The notes below the pieces were generated by a model that saw only the letters and a program-made list of their open reading frames with translations, ran no database searches and was not told the origin of the DNA. A stretch of DNA of 47,373 nt from IMG/VR virus record IMGVR_UViG_3300025751_000034, positions 1 to 47,373 of that record. One strand, written 5' to 3'. Source of the DNA: a virus (taxonomy: Duplodnaviria; Caudoviricetes). The position numbers and the translations under genes are program-made. Below, piece after piece: positions 16,120 through 26,067 of this stretch. Within the stretch, counting starts at the first letter, position 1. Each line of letters opens with the position of its first letter.

Positions 16120-19100
16120 TCTTCTTTCGATTCAATGTATTGACCCTCAGTGTAAAACGCAGGCCTAACAAGAGCAAGATACATATCAGTGTAAGTCTTG
16201 AATTCAATGTATTCTTCTGGGCTCATAGTCTGTCTCTTACTTCTCATGAATGCGTAGTAATCCCTTGCGTTCTTGAGTTGCATTGGAAGCTTGCGCACCT
16301 CCCTGATATACTTTCTGTGCTGGTCTGGATACTGTTCCTCCATGTTCTTCTCAGCAACAATCGGCTTGATGCTTGACTTGAATGAGTTGACTGCTCGAAC
16401 TTTATCGAATGGGTTGTCAGCTTTCGCTGCGATTTCTCTCAGCCTGTCCTCACCTTCGCCCTCGCCTAGTGTTCTTCCATACTTCTCTGCAATTGATTCA
16501 TACGCAGCTAATGCCTCTTCGTTAGACAGTCTTCTGTCTTTAGGTAGGTTGTCCATATCCCTGACCAGTACATCAATCTCTTTACTGGACAAGCCTGCAA
16601 CCTGACCTGCAGTCAAGAAAATCTTGAGGTAGTAATGCATCATCATAGCCTCCTTGTCCTCTGGCCTTACGTAAAACTCCGTCCCTGTACTACTAACAAC
16701 TTTGTTTTCAGGCATGGACAGATTATGGATTGTAGTTCTGGCATCATCAATGAAGTCCCCGTATGGCCCCATGAATCTGAGTAAGCCTTGCGTTGCATCC
16801 TTTGGTGCCCCCTTGTAATACAGTGGCACACCTTTATTTAACCTAGTCCACCTTTCATACCCGTCATCATCACCAAGATTAAAGTCACCTTCCCTCATTA
16901 CATCTGTTGGGTACCATAGATATCTATTTAATGTTGATTGAATCTGCTTGTCAAAGACTCCAAGCGGTGGAAGCGGCTGGGCATCGACAATTACCTGTGT
17001 TGCAATTTGCCTCCACGCATTGTCCTTTGGAAGTTCATCTTCATCGTCACCTCTAAGCATCGCCGAAATTGCCGGAATCAAAACCTTACCCACATACGAG
17101 AACAGTGTAAGCTCCGCAGCGTGGCCAAGCATAGCTATGCTACCTTCCTTCTTGGCTTGCGCATCACCATACAATATGCGCATGAAGTCAGATGAAATGC
17201 TACGCTTTTTGTTCACGGCAAACCTAGAGAATGGGAGTAGGACATTCTGCGCCAAATAAGTGACAACTGCTTTTGACCCTTTCTCTTGCTGGTACAAGTC
17301 AGCAGCCTCTCTCGGTGTTGATGCGGCTTGGTCTTTATTAACCATCATATCTGCATAACTCAGCGCAATCTCATTTGGGTTTGCCGCCTCAGCATCCCAG
17401 TCAATTTCATCGAAGCTTTCGATAGCTCCTTCTGTCATCAAGGCATCGCCATAGAACGTAAACCAAGAGGCAACAGCAGCTACCTTATCGGTACCCTTCA
17501 AGTTCTTTAGGCTGATGTCGCTGAGCTTTCTTACAATCTCCTGCAGCTTGCCTTCATCCAAGCTCATTCTTCCGGTGTATGGGTCAATGTTGCCTGCCTC
17601 GTAATCCCTCTGGAATACAGGTGAGTTCTGCAACAACTTATACCTACCATCATCCAATGCTAACTTGCTGTCCTCTCTGGCTAAAGTTCTTAATGAGAAC
17701 ACAGCCATTTCGGATACAGTTTTAATCAGGTACGGAATTGATTGAATCGGATTATTTGTTTGGAACATAACCGACGTAAGAACTGTACTCTGTTTGAGGG
17801 TCTGAATTCCAAAGCTTCCAAAAGCTTTTACGATTACCGCATTCCTTAAAAGGTTTACTGGGTTCATGAACTTAACTCCTCTGACCCTGAATGTAGGCTG
17901 GAATACTGGCGGAACTTTTCCCGTGTCCTGCTGAACATACAACATCATCTTTCTTTCAAGCTCCTTCCTAGCCTTAGCGTCCACAATAAAGTTTTTCATT
18001 GCGTCGCTGTTCATAACGTAGTTCGCAGCAACCACATCACCAACGGTGTTAGACAATATGATGTTGTCTCTTAGCGTTCTCTCATTAATTGAAAGGAAGT
18101 CAAGTCCAATTCGATTCTTTCCCTTGAGGGAGCGAGGGTTTCTTTCGAATGAACTACCAGCAACTTTTTTTGTATGAGATAGAGATGAGCTAGCTAACGC
18201 TTCACTAATGGATACCCTCATCCGAATCAAATCATCTACGTTTCTAGCTCCGGTCTCTGGGATTACCTCGAACGCAGTGTAGTTATCTTCTAGTTCTAGC
18301 TCCTTCCCAAGATATCTTTCCACGTAATTTCTAAACTGAGGCATGAGGCTGCTGTGGATGTCAGACATATAGTCAACCAGCCCAGTAATGTCAGACCTTT
18401 CCGACTCAACCCTTTGAATCATTTCAGGTAATGTTTCGGCTGCACCGAACAGGTAATTGAACGCATCTTCAAACTCATCAATCTCATTCTGCTCAAAAGT
18501 CTTTTGCTCTACGTAGTAGTCGATACTTCTTCGCATAGCATTCCTTAGCTCGATATACCAAGCAGCTTCAGCACCTCCTTTCTCTCCTTCGAATTTGGGC
18601 AATTGCCTAGCCATAGAATACATCTGAGCAATAGCTCTGTCAGCCCTTGTCTTCACACTGCCGCCTTCACTTTCTATCCTGTCAATCTCAGACTCAAGCA
18701 TCTCCACTATCTGAGTATGAATGAAGTCAGCCTTAGCAAAGTTTGTAGTCATGGCGGACAAGCCGAAAGCAACTCTGAGTTTTGCAGTTGTAATCCTGTC
18801 GGCTGGAATTAAGTTCTGGATATAGGAATTGATAGTATCCAGTGGCCCCGACAATACACCAGACCTAGACTTTAAGTTCTTAGACCGAACTAGTTTTGAA
18901 AGCGCGTTCGGCATGTCAATGTTTCCCTTGACTAGGGCGTGCATGTAACCGATACCATAAACCGAATCGTTTACAACGTAGTCGTCAAGCCGGTAATCAA
19001 GATTGATGATGTGATGCCGCTTAAGCTTTTGCAATCTGAGCGCAAGCTTATTCACGTCGAACTCCCCTTCGTTATACAAGCCTAGTATATCTGCAATTTG

Positions 19101-22100
19101 AGAATCCTCAAGCAGCTTGGTGAGGTTTGCGGCAATCCTTGGGATGAGAACGTCGTATATGATTGCGTCCTTTTGCAGCTCCTCTTTTAACGCAGCGTTC
19201 TCGGCGAGAATCTGAGTGACCAAATCCACATGCGCTGGGTTGCTCTCATCAAGGACTACCTGTTCCCCTGTTTCAGGATGAGTGATAGTGGGGTTGTCGT
19301 CAATGAAGTCTAGGATAGCCCGTCTGCTGGAAGACAATCTACTCCGTTCGTAGTTCTTTACAAGCTTATCATACTCTTCCTCTATGCTTGTTTTATTCTT
19401 AGCTGCTCTTACTTGAGCCTTAGCCATAAACAACGACTGCCTACCAATCTCCTCCATTGCGCTATAGCTGCTAAGCTTGCTTCGCAATACCTCTACCCGG
19501 GTTTTGTCAAACGATATGCCTGCATACCGCTCCTCCTCCGCATCGAACACGGCCTTAGATTTAGACATCGATGAGATGGTCTGCATGAGCGTACCAACAA
19601 AGCTTTCAAGCTCATTCTGAGGAAGTAATGCTGGGTTTATTGCAGCCAATCCATTAGCTACCTTGGCATATGTCGTTACGTTCTTTGGTGCTGAGGCTCT
19701 GCCCCTCACCTTCGACATGCGCTTTAATCTGGCCTGAAGATTTCTTGCGTGCCGCACTCCTTCGAGATACTTCTGCATCTCTGCCTTGGCCTCACGCTTG
19801 TCAAAAATTACAGAAATCTTATCAATGAAGGACTGCATTGCATCCAACCCTTCTTCAGATGCACGCTTTGCATTTACGTTGTGCGCTTGTCTGATGTATT
19901 TAACAAGGTCTTTAAGCTGTCCTCTTGTGAAGGGTGTCTTTGAATCTTCCTTCATCCGCTCATCAATAAGATTGATTGCTTCTGATAGGAACTCCTTAAA
20001 TGTCTTTGATTTGTCCCTCAATTCCTCCAAGGACTTCTTGAGGTTCTTTGCTTTGGTAGACAGCTTACTGGCTTCCTTCGCGTTCATCATGGCAACGCGC
20101 ATACCCTCCCGCTTTCCTTGGGTTCTTCCCTGCTTGTAGGCTACGGCCTCTTTGAACATTCGTTCAGCCCCCTCTTTAGTAAACCCGTAGTCCATCAACG
20201 TCTTGATGACATCTGCCTTGACGTGCACAAAGGCATCCAGCTGCATGCTTTCGTCAATACTGGTAACCGGATTCTTTCTGCGCTTGTCTCTGGTGATTTT
20301 AGGTGACGGGTATTTTGCGTCAATCATTTGAGACACCAATCGGGTTATGTTGCCCTGAGCTTTTGCTTCCGCGTCTACTATGGCTTGAGCCTTGCCCTTG
20401 TATCGTGCTACTCCGTATGGCTGATTAAGCAGACCAAGTAATGCATTCCACGCGGATTCGGCTGCCTTGATAGGGTCTTTGAATGTGCCGTCCTTCTTCT
20501 GCCTTCCTTCATATTTACTAGAGAACGTCTCTATAAACTCCTTCTTTCTAAATCCTCTTTCAGTTGTAAGAATGTCTTTAGCCAATGGAAAAACTTCGTC
20601 AGGCTTGACCTTCTTCTTGAACAGGTGCATTGTCACTGGCTTCTTATTCCCGTTCTCATCCAGCTGAAATACGGAGGCCGGGAAGATAGGTGACGCTTCT
20701 GCGTCTTCCCCAAATGTGACATCCGAATCTATCTCGATTGCTGCATACGCACTTCCGGTATCTATATCAACTAAGAATCTTTCGGTGAGCAGTCTAGCTA
20801 TGATTCTCTTTAAGGTGCTGCCAGTCTGCTTAGCCCCTATCTTGTCCGTTTCAAGCATCTTCTGAATGCCGTCTCTACCTGCCTGATTGTCAGCGAAAGC
20901 TATCCCGATGTTGACAAGCATCTTATCAGTAAAGTACTTACGCTTACCGAAATCAGATGCCTTAACATCTGTCATGAAGCTCAAGATTCTGTTTGCTGCG
21001 TCCAAAGTAGACCCATCAATCCTAACTGGCCTATTCTTAGGGAAGGTCTGCTTGAATGACTCTATGACTATCCTATTGAATGCCACGTCAGTGAGCAGCC
21101 CCTGAGCCATCAACTTTCTGAGAATGAGTTCGGTGGTAGCTACCGCACCCGTATTACTAAATACCTTCTCGGGTCTTCCGGCCATAAGCATAAAGAAAAC
21201 TTTGCCGTCTGGCGATGCCTTCCTCAATGCGTTTAACTTTTCAGCTACAACTCTCGCCTCCTTAAGGTCAGCAAATGCCCACATGTTTCCAGTTCTCACT
21301 GGGTAATACATACCACCAGCACCTTCGAACACAAGCTCGTCGTCGAAATACAATGACCCCACCATAAGGTTGTCCGGAGACGATGTCATTATAACCCTAT
21401 CCATGAGCAGTTCGTCCGGGTCTTGATTATGAACCACACTTTCGGCCATAAGTCTCTTGAACTCCTTGTCGTCCTCAGCGTATTTAGTAGACAACAAACC
21501 AGCCCTTTGAGCCTTGTTGGTCATCATTCTCCTCGTGTCAACACCAGACTCACCCGGCAAGGCATGTTGGAACTTCATCGGGGTTCCGTCCTTCCTGACT
21601 ACGGTAAACCTTTCGTCTGAAGTAGATACCTTCTCTACGTCCTTAGCCAATACAAGCGCACCAATCTGAATTACCTCTGATGCAGATACGACTGGGTTAC
21701 CATCCCTCTTGTCGTAGAACCAACTGTGTCTGAATGGGTTCATACCCACTTGAATCCAGCCATCAAGTTTGCCTTCCGCTAGGTCTGACATATTGTACTG
21801 GTCACTATTCATAATCTCCTCTGCTCTGTCTCTGAGTTGTTGAGGGTCGTGATTATTCCAATCGCCAAACATTCTAGCGATTGTAGTCTTTCCTTTTTCA
21901 AGTGCAATATTGAGAGCTCCCTTTGGCACAGAATGAAACTCTACGTTGGTGGCTAGGGCTGTCTGCCCATACCCAATGGACTTACCTCCTAGGTTGGGGG
22001 CTCGCTCCTCTCCTCTAGCACCTTGGTGTACAGACACCACCCACACATCGTAGTTATCATACGCGGGTATATCAAGCCGAAGGCCTACGTAGTATCCCTC

Positions 22101-25100
22101 TGGTATTTCTTTATTCAGGCCAATGATTCCTGACTCAAGCTTGTTGCTTGTAAGGGCTGCACCGATGTCAAGCGTACTCGGGACCTCGGGAACGTAAACA
22201 AATGGAGTGATTGGAGTCTCTTCTCTCACCACCTCGATATACTGTTCTTGAGTAATCTCTTGAGCTACATAATCCTGAAGCGCCTTGACAACTTTAGGAC
22301 TCCTCTTCTGTCTCTGGCTCTCATCAAGCTTAAGCTCATCCCTTCTTTGCTCCAGCTGCTCTTCAGTTACCTGTTGTTTTTCGAGGTATGAATCCCTACC
22401 CGGCTTTTCCTCTAGCGACTTGATGATTGCCTGCGGTTTGCCGTTAGCAATTCTTTCGGCATACTCGTAAGCCTCCATGTAGTCTGTCATTCTGACTCCG
22501 TCACCGATATTCCCCTCCCCTCTAACAAAGAAGACTACATCTGGTTGGGTTTTAAGTGGCGAGTCAGCATCGTCCCACCCCTCTGGGGCAAACTCAGGAT
22601 TGAAGTCAAGCCTTGCAACAGGTCTCCATCCATTACCAATGTAAAGGCTTTCAAGCTCGGTTGCAAAAGCATCATAGAACTTACCTCCGTTCTTGGCCCT
22701 AGCAGTTTGAAGTGGATTACTGACTAGCTTAAGCTCTGAGTCTGGATTCTTAAACAATCCACCCATATACCCATCAGCTTTTACATACGCACCAGACAGT
22801 CCATCTTTGGTCATGAACAGCTTACCCCCGTCGTCAAGGATTTTTTGCGCATCCTCAGTGGTGAGAGGGTCTACCTGAAGGAACATCTTCTTTTTCAGCT
22901 GCTTCATTCGCTCGGTAGCCTCTGCCATTGCACCCGCAAACCTTGCCGCGTCAGTGACCTCTTCTACGTCTCTGTTCCTTGCATAGATTCCTTGAGCCTT
23001 TGGATTCATATCCTCAAGCTCAATCATCATTGCATTGTAACCAGCTCTGATTGCAGCCTCCCTTAAGTCCTTCGTTCCTGTAACAGCCTCACCCTCAGCA
23101 AGTTGACCTGTAACTTTTTGCAGTGCATTAACTAGGTCTTGTATCTTTGGGTCAGCATCAACCATATCTACATTCACACCGGGGATGGTGTTGAGTGTTG
23201 AGCCGACAAAGCCTTTGAATGAGTTAATCAAACCCTTCTTTACAGCTACATCCAAGTCTCCAGTAGTAATGTCTGCAAGGAGCTCAACAAGGAACTCTTC
23301 GGCTACGTCCACATTATTCTTTATGGCTTTGCGAATATTCCTAACGTCACCGTACTGAGAAATAAATCTTTCGTATTTGCCTATTGCATCAGCTGGGAGT
23401 GCTGACAAGAGTCTATCAGCCAATTGCTGCACACCCTCCGGTCCGATAGCCTCAAGTACCAAGTCATGGTACGCTTCGTGAAACCCGGTATTCTCCATAA
23501 TGGCTGGAGCAAAAAGGTGAATCTCTCCTTTCCCAGACCACATGCCCCTAGTCAGTGTAGTCTGTCCTGTTGCTGATAGGAACGAGTCTGCTGTCTTGTG
23601 GATTGTGACTCCGGAAAACTTACCCGTCTTAGACAAAGACTTCACCACAGACACAACGTTAGCCATGGCTCTTCGCATCTGAGAGCCCGACTTAAACACC
23701 CCGCTTTCAGGCATTGGAGTGCCATCAAAGGTGGTGCTGTTGATTGCATCCATGACGGAATCAACATTCTCTGAAGTCACAGTTACAGAGTCAGCTCCGC
23801 CCTGAAACAAATCACCATAACCATTGTATTTTTTATCTATTCTTGAGATACCACGGGCTACTCTGTTGAATTCGCTTTCAGCGTTTAACTCGTACTCTAA
23901 GCCAAGGTCTGTTTCCTGCTTTGTTCTTTGGTCTATTAAACCTACAATCTTTTCTTTTAAGCTGTTGCGAGCCTCAGGGTCTTGTGAGCGGCCATACTCA
24001 ATGCCAAGTCTAGCAATCTGCTTTTGGATTTGCTCAAGCTTTTGGAAAGCTTCTGGGTTGCTTTGCTGAAGACTCTCGTAAAACTTTTTTCTGCCGAGTC
24101 TTTTATCCCAAGCCTTCATCACGGCATTGTTAATCTTGACCCCAATCTCCTGCCGAAGCTTCATCGTTGGGGCAAGCTCGTATTCCTTTGCTAGCTTGTT
24201 TATCTCAATTGAATCCCTGAGTCCGGGGATAGATGTAAGCGCCATTGCTCCAGCCCTAACACCAGCCGGAATGCTGGCCGTACCTGCGACACCAGCGCCA
24301 AGTACTACACCAGCGTACCACCCTTCTTTAGTAGCATCCCATAGCCCATCCATGGTGAAGTCTACGTTGGGATTTGCTAAAGAGTTTAGATAGTACTGAC
24401 CTGCTGCCGTTGTTGCCTCAGTCATCCCCTCTTCAATAGCGCCAAAGCCTACAGCCTTAAGCATTCCTCTAGCAAATGACTCGGTGGCTGCCCTGCCTCC
24501 TGCTCTTAGTACCGAGGTTGCAATGGCTGCACCGACAAACGCCGGGGCCCCCTCCAAGAATCCCATTGCAGAGGTATACCCCGCCTTCTCAAAGCCGTTC
24601 ATCTCTTGGAACCAGTCCTCATCTCGCACTGAGTTGTAGGTACTGGCTATGCCCATTGCGGTGGTAGCTCCAAGAGCACCTAAGTTCTGAGCTCTTCCTG
24701 CTTGCTTAGTAATTCTAGCTCCAGTTGTAGTCTTTTGAGCTGCACCAAACAGGTTGGTGGACCTTACGGCTCTGAGGTTTTTATTTGCCTCAATTATTTT
24801 TCTGGTGGCTGCAACTCTTTCGGCTCCTTTTAACCCTTTAAGAGAGCCAAGCCCCATGCCTTTCATAGACTTCCCTCTTGTGATTAAGCCTGCGGTAATT
24901 GCTGCGCCCATCATTGGTGCCGAAGCTCCGCCCAGTCTTAAGGATTCATCAACCCAGTCATCTAGCTGTTCAAATGGAATGCCTCCACCCATTTGCCTAG
25001 CCCTTCCAAGACTCGCAATCAGATTGTCTGTCTTTTCTGAATAGCTATTAAGGGAATATGGAAGTCTGCTCATTGCCTCCTCAGCCATCTTCCTGCTTTC

Positions 25101-26057
25101 CTCCCCTGATTCAACAGCCCACCTAGAGAAGAAGTTGTCTTCCCCAAACATGGAGGCAAAAGAATCACCGAGTAAAAGCTTACCGCCAGCCATTGCTTCA
25201 TGCCAAGCCTTTGCTACGGATGTCCCAAATCCAGATGACCCCCCTTCCTTGAGAAACTCATACCCTCCGATGTATGTGTCACTGTTTAAGTCAACAGCCA
25301 ATCCATATTCATCGAGAAGGTATCTCTCATAATTCATCAGGCTTTCGGGGTCGTTCTTTATATCATCGGGTAACAGTTCTTTAAGCCTTGCCCCCTCCAC
25401 CTTAGAAACCTCATTCCCTAAACCTCTTATAGCCTTAGACATGGGTGCCGATAAACTAACCGGCTTCATTTCGTACTCCCCCTCAACTTCAGGATTCCCT
25501 GTCAAATGTTGAAACACCCCATCGTCTATAGCGCCAACAAGATATCTATTGAAATCATAGTCAGCATCTGATTGTTCGCTCAGATAGTCAACAACGGAGG
25601 ACTTGACAGCATATTTTTCGTCCTCAGTTTTAGCCGCGTTGTAGTTGTCAATGAAAGCCATCTCCTCTTCGGTGGCCCCTCCATTGTATTCAACCAACTG
25701 TCTATACTTGTCCATGTCGAACCTGTCATAGAACAATTGGTTAAACGAGTTCTCTACATTGTCTGCGTATGATATGAGTAAGTCTGCCTGATAGTCTGGT
25801 ACGTAAGCCTCACCTATCCTCGGTCTTGAAACCAAATCCGAAAATGAAGGACCTTCTCTTCCCTCCAGAAGTGAAACCTCCTTTGAATCCAATGAACCCA
25901 TTTCCGAAGTGGATGGAAAGGTCGCAATGAGCGGGATTTGCTCTTGCTCTTCTTTTTTTTTTAATCCGTAGTAATCTTCCATGATACTACGAATCTCCGT
26001 CATTGATGCTCCGCGTTGGCGGGCCTCATCAATAAGTGCCTTCAATTCTGGATTCAT
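16116..26057 (-). CDS. Giant virion ejection / polyvalent protein (zincin HExxH, GNAT-like and other modules)
   Basis: 3313 aa; Gly/Ala-rich hydrophobic N-terminal region; HEAYH plus downstream EE; YDAF..LY...GW.PVAR.F..E.AP.GW module; position after the tail genes. Confidence 0.8.
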   Translation of the reverse strand: MNPELKALIDEARQRGASMTEIRSIMEDYYGLKKKEEQEQIPLIATFPSTSEMGSLDSKEVSLLEGREGPSFSDLVSRPRIGEAYVPDYQADLLISYADNVENSFNQLFYDRFDMDKYRQLVEYNGGATEEEMAFIDNYNAAKTEDEKYAVKSSVVDYLSEQSDADYDFNRYLVGAIDDGVFQHLTGNPEVEGEYEMKPVSLSAPMSKAIRGLGNEVSKVEGARLKELLPDDIKNDPESLMNYERYLLDEYGLAVDLNSDTYIGGYEFLKEGGSSGFGTSVAKAWHEAMAGGKLLLGDSFASMFGEDNFFSRWAVESGEESRKMAEEAMSRLPYSLNSYSEKTDNLIASLGRARQMGGGIPFEQLDDWVDESLRLGGASAPMMGAAITAGLITRGKSMKGMGLGSLKGLKGAERVAATRKIIEANKNLRAVRSTNLFGAAQKTTTGARITKQAGRAQNLGALGATTAMGIASTYNSVRDEDWFQEMNGFEKAGYTSAMGFLEGAPAFVGAAIATSVLRAGGRAATESFARGMLKAVGFGAIEEGMTEATTAAGQYYLNSLANPNVDFTMDGLWDATKEGWYAGVVLGAGVAGTASIPAGVRAGAMALTSIPGLRDSIEINKLAKEYELAPTMKLRQEIGVKINNAVMKAWDKRLGRKKFYESLQQSNPEAFQKLEQIQKQIARLGIEYGRSQDPEARNSLKEKIVGLIDQRTKQETDLGLEYELNAESEFNRVARGISRIDKKYNGYGDLFQGGADSVTVTSENVDSVMDAINSTTFDGTPMPESGVFKSGSQMRRAMANVVSVVKSLSKTGKFSGVTIHKTADSFLSATGQTTLTRGMWSGKGEIHLFAPAIMENTGFHEAYHDLVLEAIGPEGVQQLADRLLSALPADAIGKYERFISQYGDVRNIRKAIKNNVDVAEEFLVELLADITTGDLDVAVKKGLINSFKGFVGSTLNTIPGVNVDMVDADPKIQDLVNALQKVTGQLAEGEAVTGTKDLREAAIRAGYNAMMIELEDMNPKAQGIYARNRDVEEVTDAARFAGAMAEATERMKQLKKKMFLQVDPLTTEDAQKILDDGGKLFMTKDGLSGAYVKADGYMGGLFKNPDSELKLVSNPLQTARAKNGGKFYDAFATELESLYIGNGWRPVARLDFNPEFAPEGWDDADSPLKTQPDVVFFVRGEGNIGDGVRMTDYMEAYEYAERIANGKPQAIIKSLEEKPGRDSYLEKQQVTEEQLEQRRDELKLDESQRQKRSPKVVKALQDYVAQEITQEQYIEVVREETPITPFVYVPEVPSTLDIGAALTSNKLESGIIGLNKEIPEGYYVGLRLDIPAYDNYDVWVVSVHQGARGEERAPNLGGKSIGYGQTALATNVEFHSVPKGALNIALEKGKTTIARMFGDWNNHDPQQLRDRAEEIMNSDQYNMSDLAEGKLDGWIQVGMNPFRHSWFYDKRDGNPVVSASEVIQIGALVLAKDVEKVSTSDERFTVVRKDGTPMKFQHALPGESGVDTRRMMTNKAQRAGLLSTKYAEDDKEFKRLMAESVVHNQDPDELLMDRVIMTSSPDNLMVGSLYFDDELVFEGAGGMYYPVRTGNMWAFADLKEARVVAEKLNALRKASPDGKVFFMLMAGRPEKVFSNTGAVATTELILRKLMAQGLLTDVAFNRIVIESFKQTFPKNRPVRIDGSTLDAANRILSFMTDVKASDFGKRKYFTDKMLVNIGIAFADNQAGRDGIQKMLETDKIGAKQTGSTLKRIIARLLTERFLVDIDTGSAYAAIEIDSDVTFGEDAEASPIFPASVFQLDENGNKKPVTMHLFKKKVKPDEVFPLAKDILTTERGFRKKEFIETFSSKYEGRQKKDGTFKDPIKAAESAWNALLGLLNQPYGVARYKGKAQAIVDAEAKAQGNITRLVSQMIDAKYPSPKITRDKRRKNPVTSIDESMQLDAFVHVKADVIKTLMDYGFTKEGAERMFKEAVAYKQGRTQGKREGMRVAMMNAKEASKLSTKAKNLKKSLEELRDKSKTFKEFLSEAINLIDERMKEDSKTPFTRGQLKDLVKYIRQAHNVNAKRASEEGLDAMQSFIDKISVIFDKREAKAEMQKYLEGVRHARNLQARLKRMSKVRGRASAPKNVTTYAKVANGLAAINPALLPQNELESFVGTLMQTISSMSKSKAVFDAEEERYAGISFDKTRVEVLRSKLSSYSAMEEIGRQSLFMAKAQVRAAKNKTSIEEEYDKLVKNYERSRLSSSRRAILDFIDDNPTITHPETGEQVVLDESNPAHVDLVTQILAENAALKEELQKDAIIYDVLIPRIAANLTKLLEDSQIADILGLYNEGEFDVNKLALRLQKLKRHHIINLDYRLDDYVVNDSVYGIGYMHALVKGNIDMPNALSKLVRSKNLKSRSGVLSGPLDTINSYIQNLIPADRITTAKLRVAFGLSAMTTNFAKADFIHTQIVEMLESEIDRIESEGGSVKTRADRAIAQMYSMARQLPKFEGEKGGAEAAWYIELRNAMRRSIDYYVEQKTFEQNEIDEFEDAFNYLFGAAETLPEMIQRVESERSDITGLVDYMSDIHSSLMPQFRNYVERYLGKELELEDNYTAFEVIPETGARNVDDLIRMRVSISEALASSSLSHTKKVAGSSFERNPRSLKGKNRIGLDFLSINERTLRDNIILSNTVGDVVAANYVMNSDAMKNFIVDAKARKELERKMMLYVQQDTGKVPPVFQPTFRVRGVKFMNPVNLLRNAVIVKAFGSFGIQTLKQSTVLTSVMFQTNNPIQSIPYLIKTVSEMAVFSLRTLAREDSKLALDDGRYKLLQNSPVFQRDYEAGNIDPYTGRMSLDEGKLQEIVRKLSDISLKNLKGTDKVAAVASWFTFYGDALMTEGAIESFDEIDWDAEAANPNEIALSYADMMVNKDQAASTPREAADLYQQEKGSKAVVTYLAQNVLLPFSRFAVNKKRSISSDFMRILYGDAQAKKEGSIAMLGHAAELTLFSYVGKVLIPAISAMLRGDDEDELPKDNAWRQIATQVIVDAQPLPPLGVFDKQIQSTLNRYLWYPTDVMREGDFNLGDDDGYERWTRLNKGVPLYYKGAPKDATQGLLRFMGPYGDFIDDARTTIHNLSMPENKVVSSTGTEFYVRPEDKEAMMMHYYLKIFLTAGQVAGLSSKEIDVLVRDMDNLPKDRRLSNEEALAAYESIAEKYGRTLGEGEGEDRLREIAAKADNPFDKVRAVNSFKSSIKPIVAEKNMEEQYPDQHRKYIREVRKLPMQLKNARDYYAFMRSKRQTMSPEEYIEFKTYTDMYLALVRPAFYTEGQYIESKEE

Positions 26058-26067
26058 ACGCTGTTAT

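Noticed and set aside
16116-26057. Giant protein as an N4-like or crAss-like virion RNA polymerase
   Set aside because: Size and lack of Cys fit, but I found no DxDxD (two-barrel) motif nor T7-type DxxGR or Rx3Kx7YG motifs; a very divergent enzyme cannot be excluded without structure prediction.
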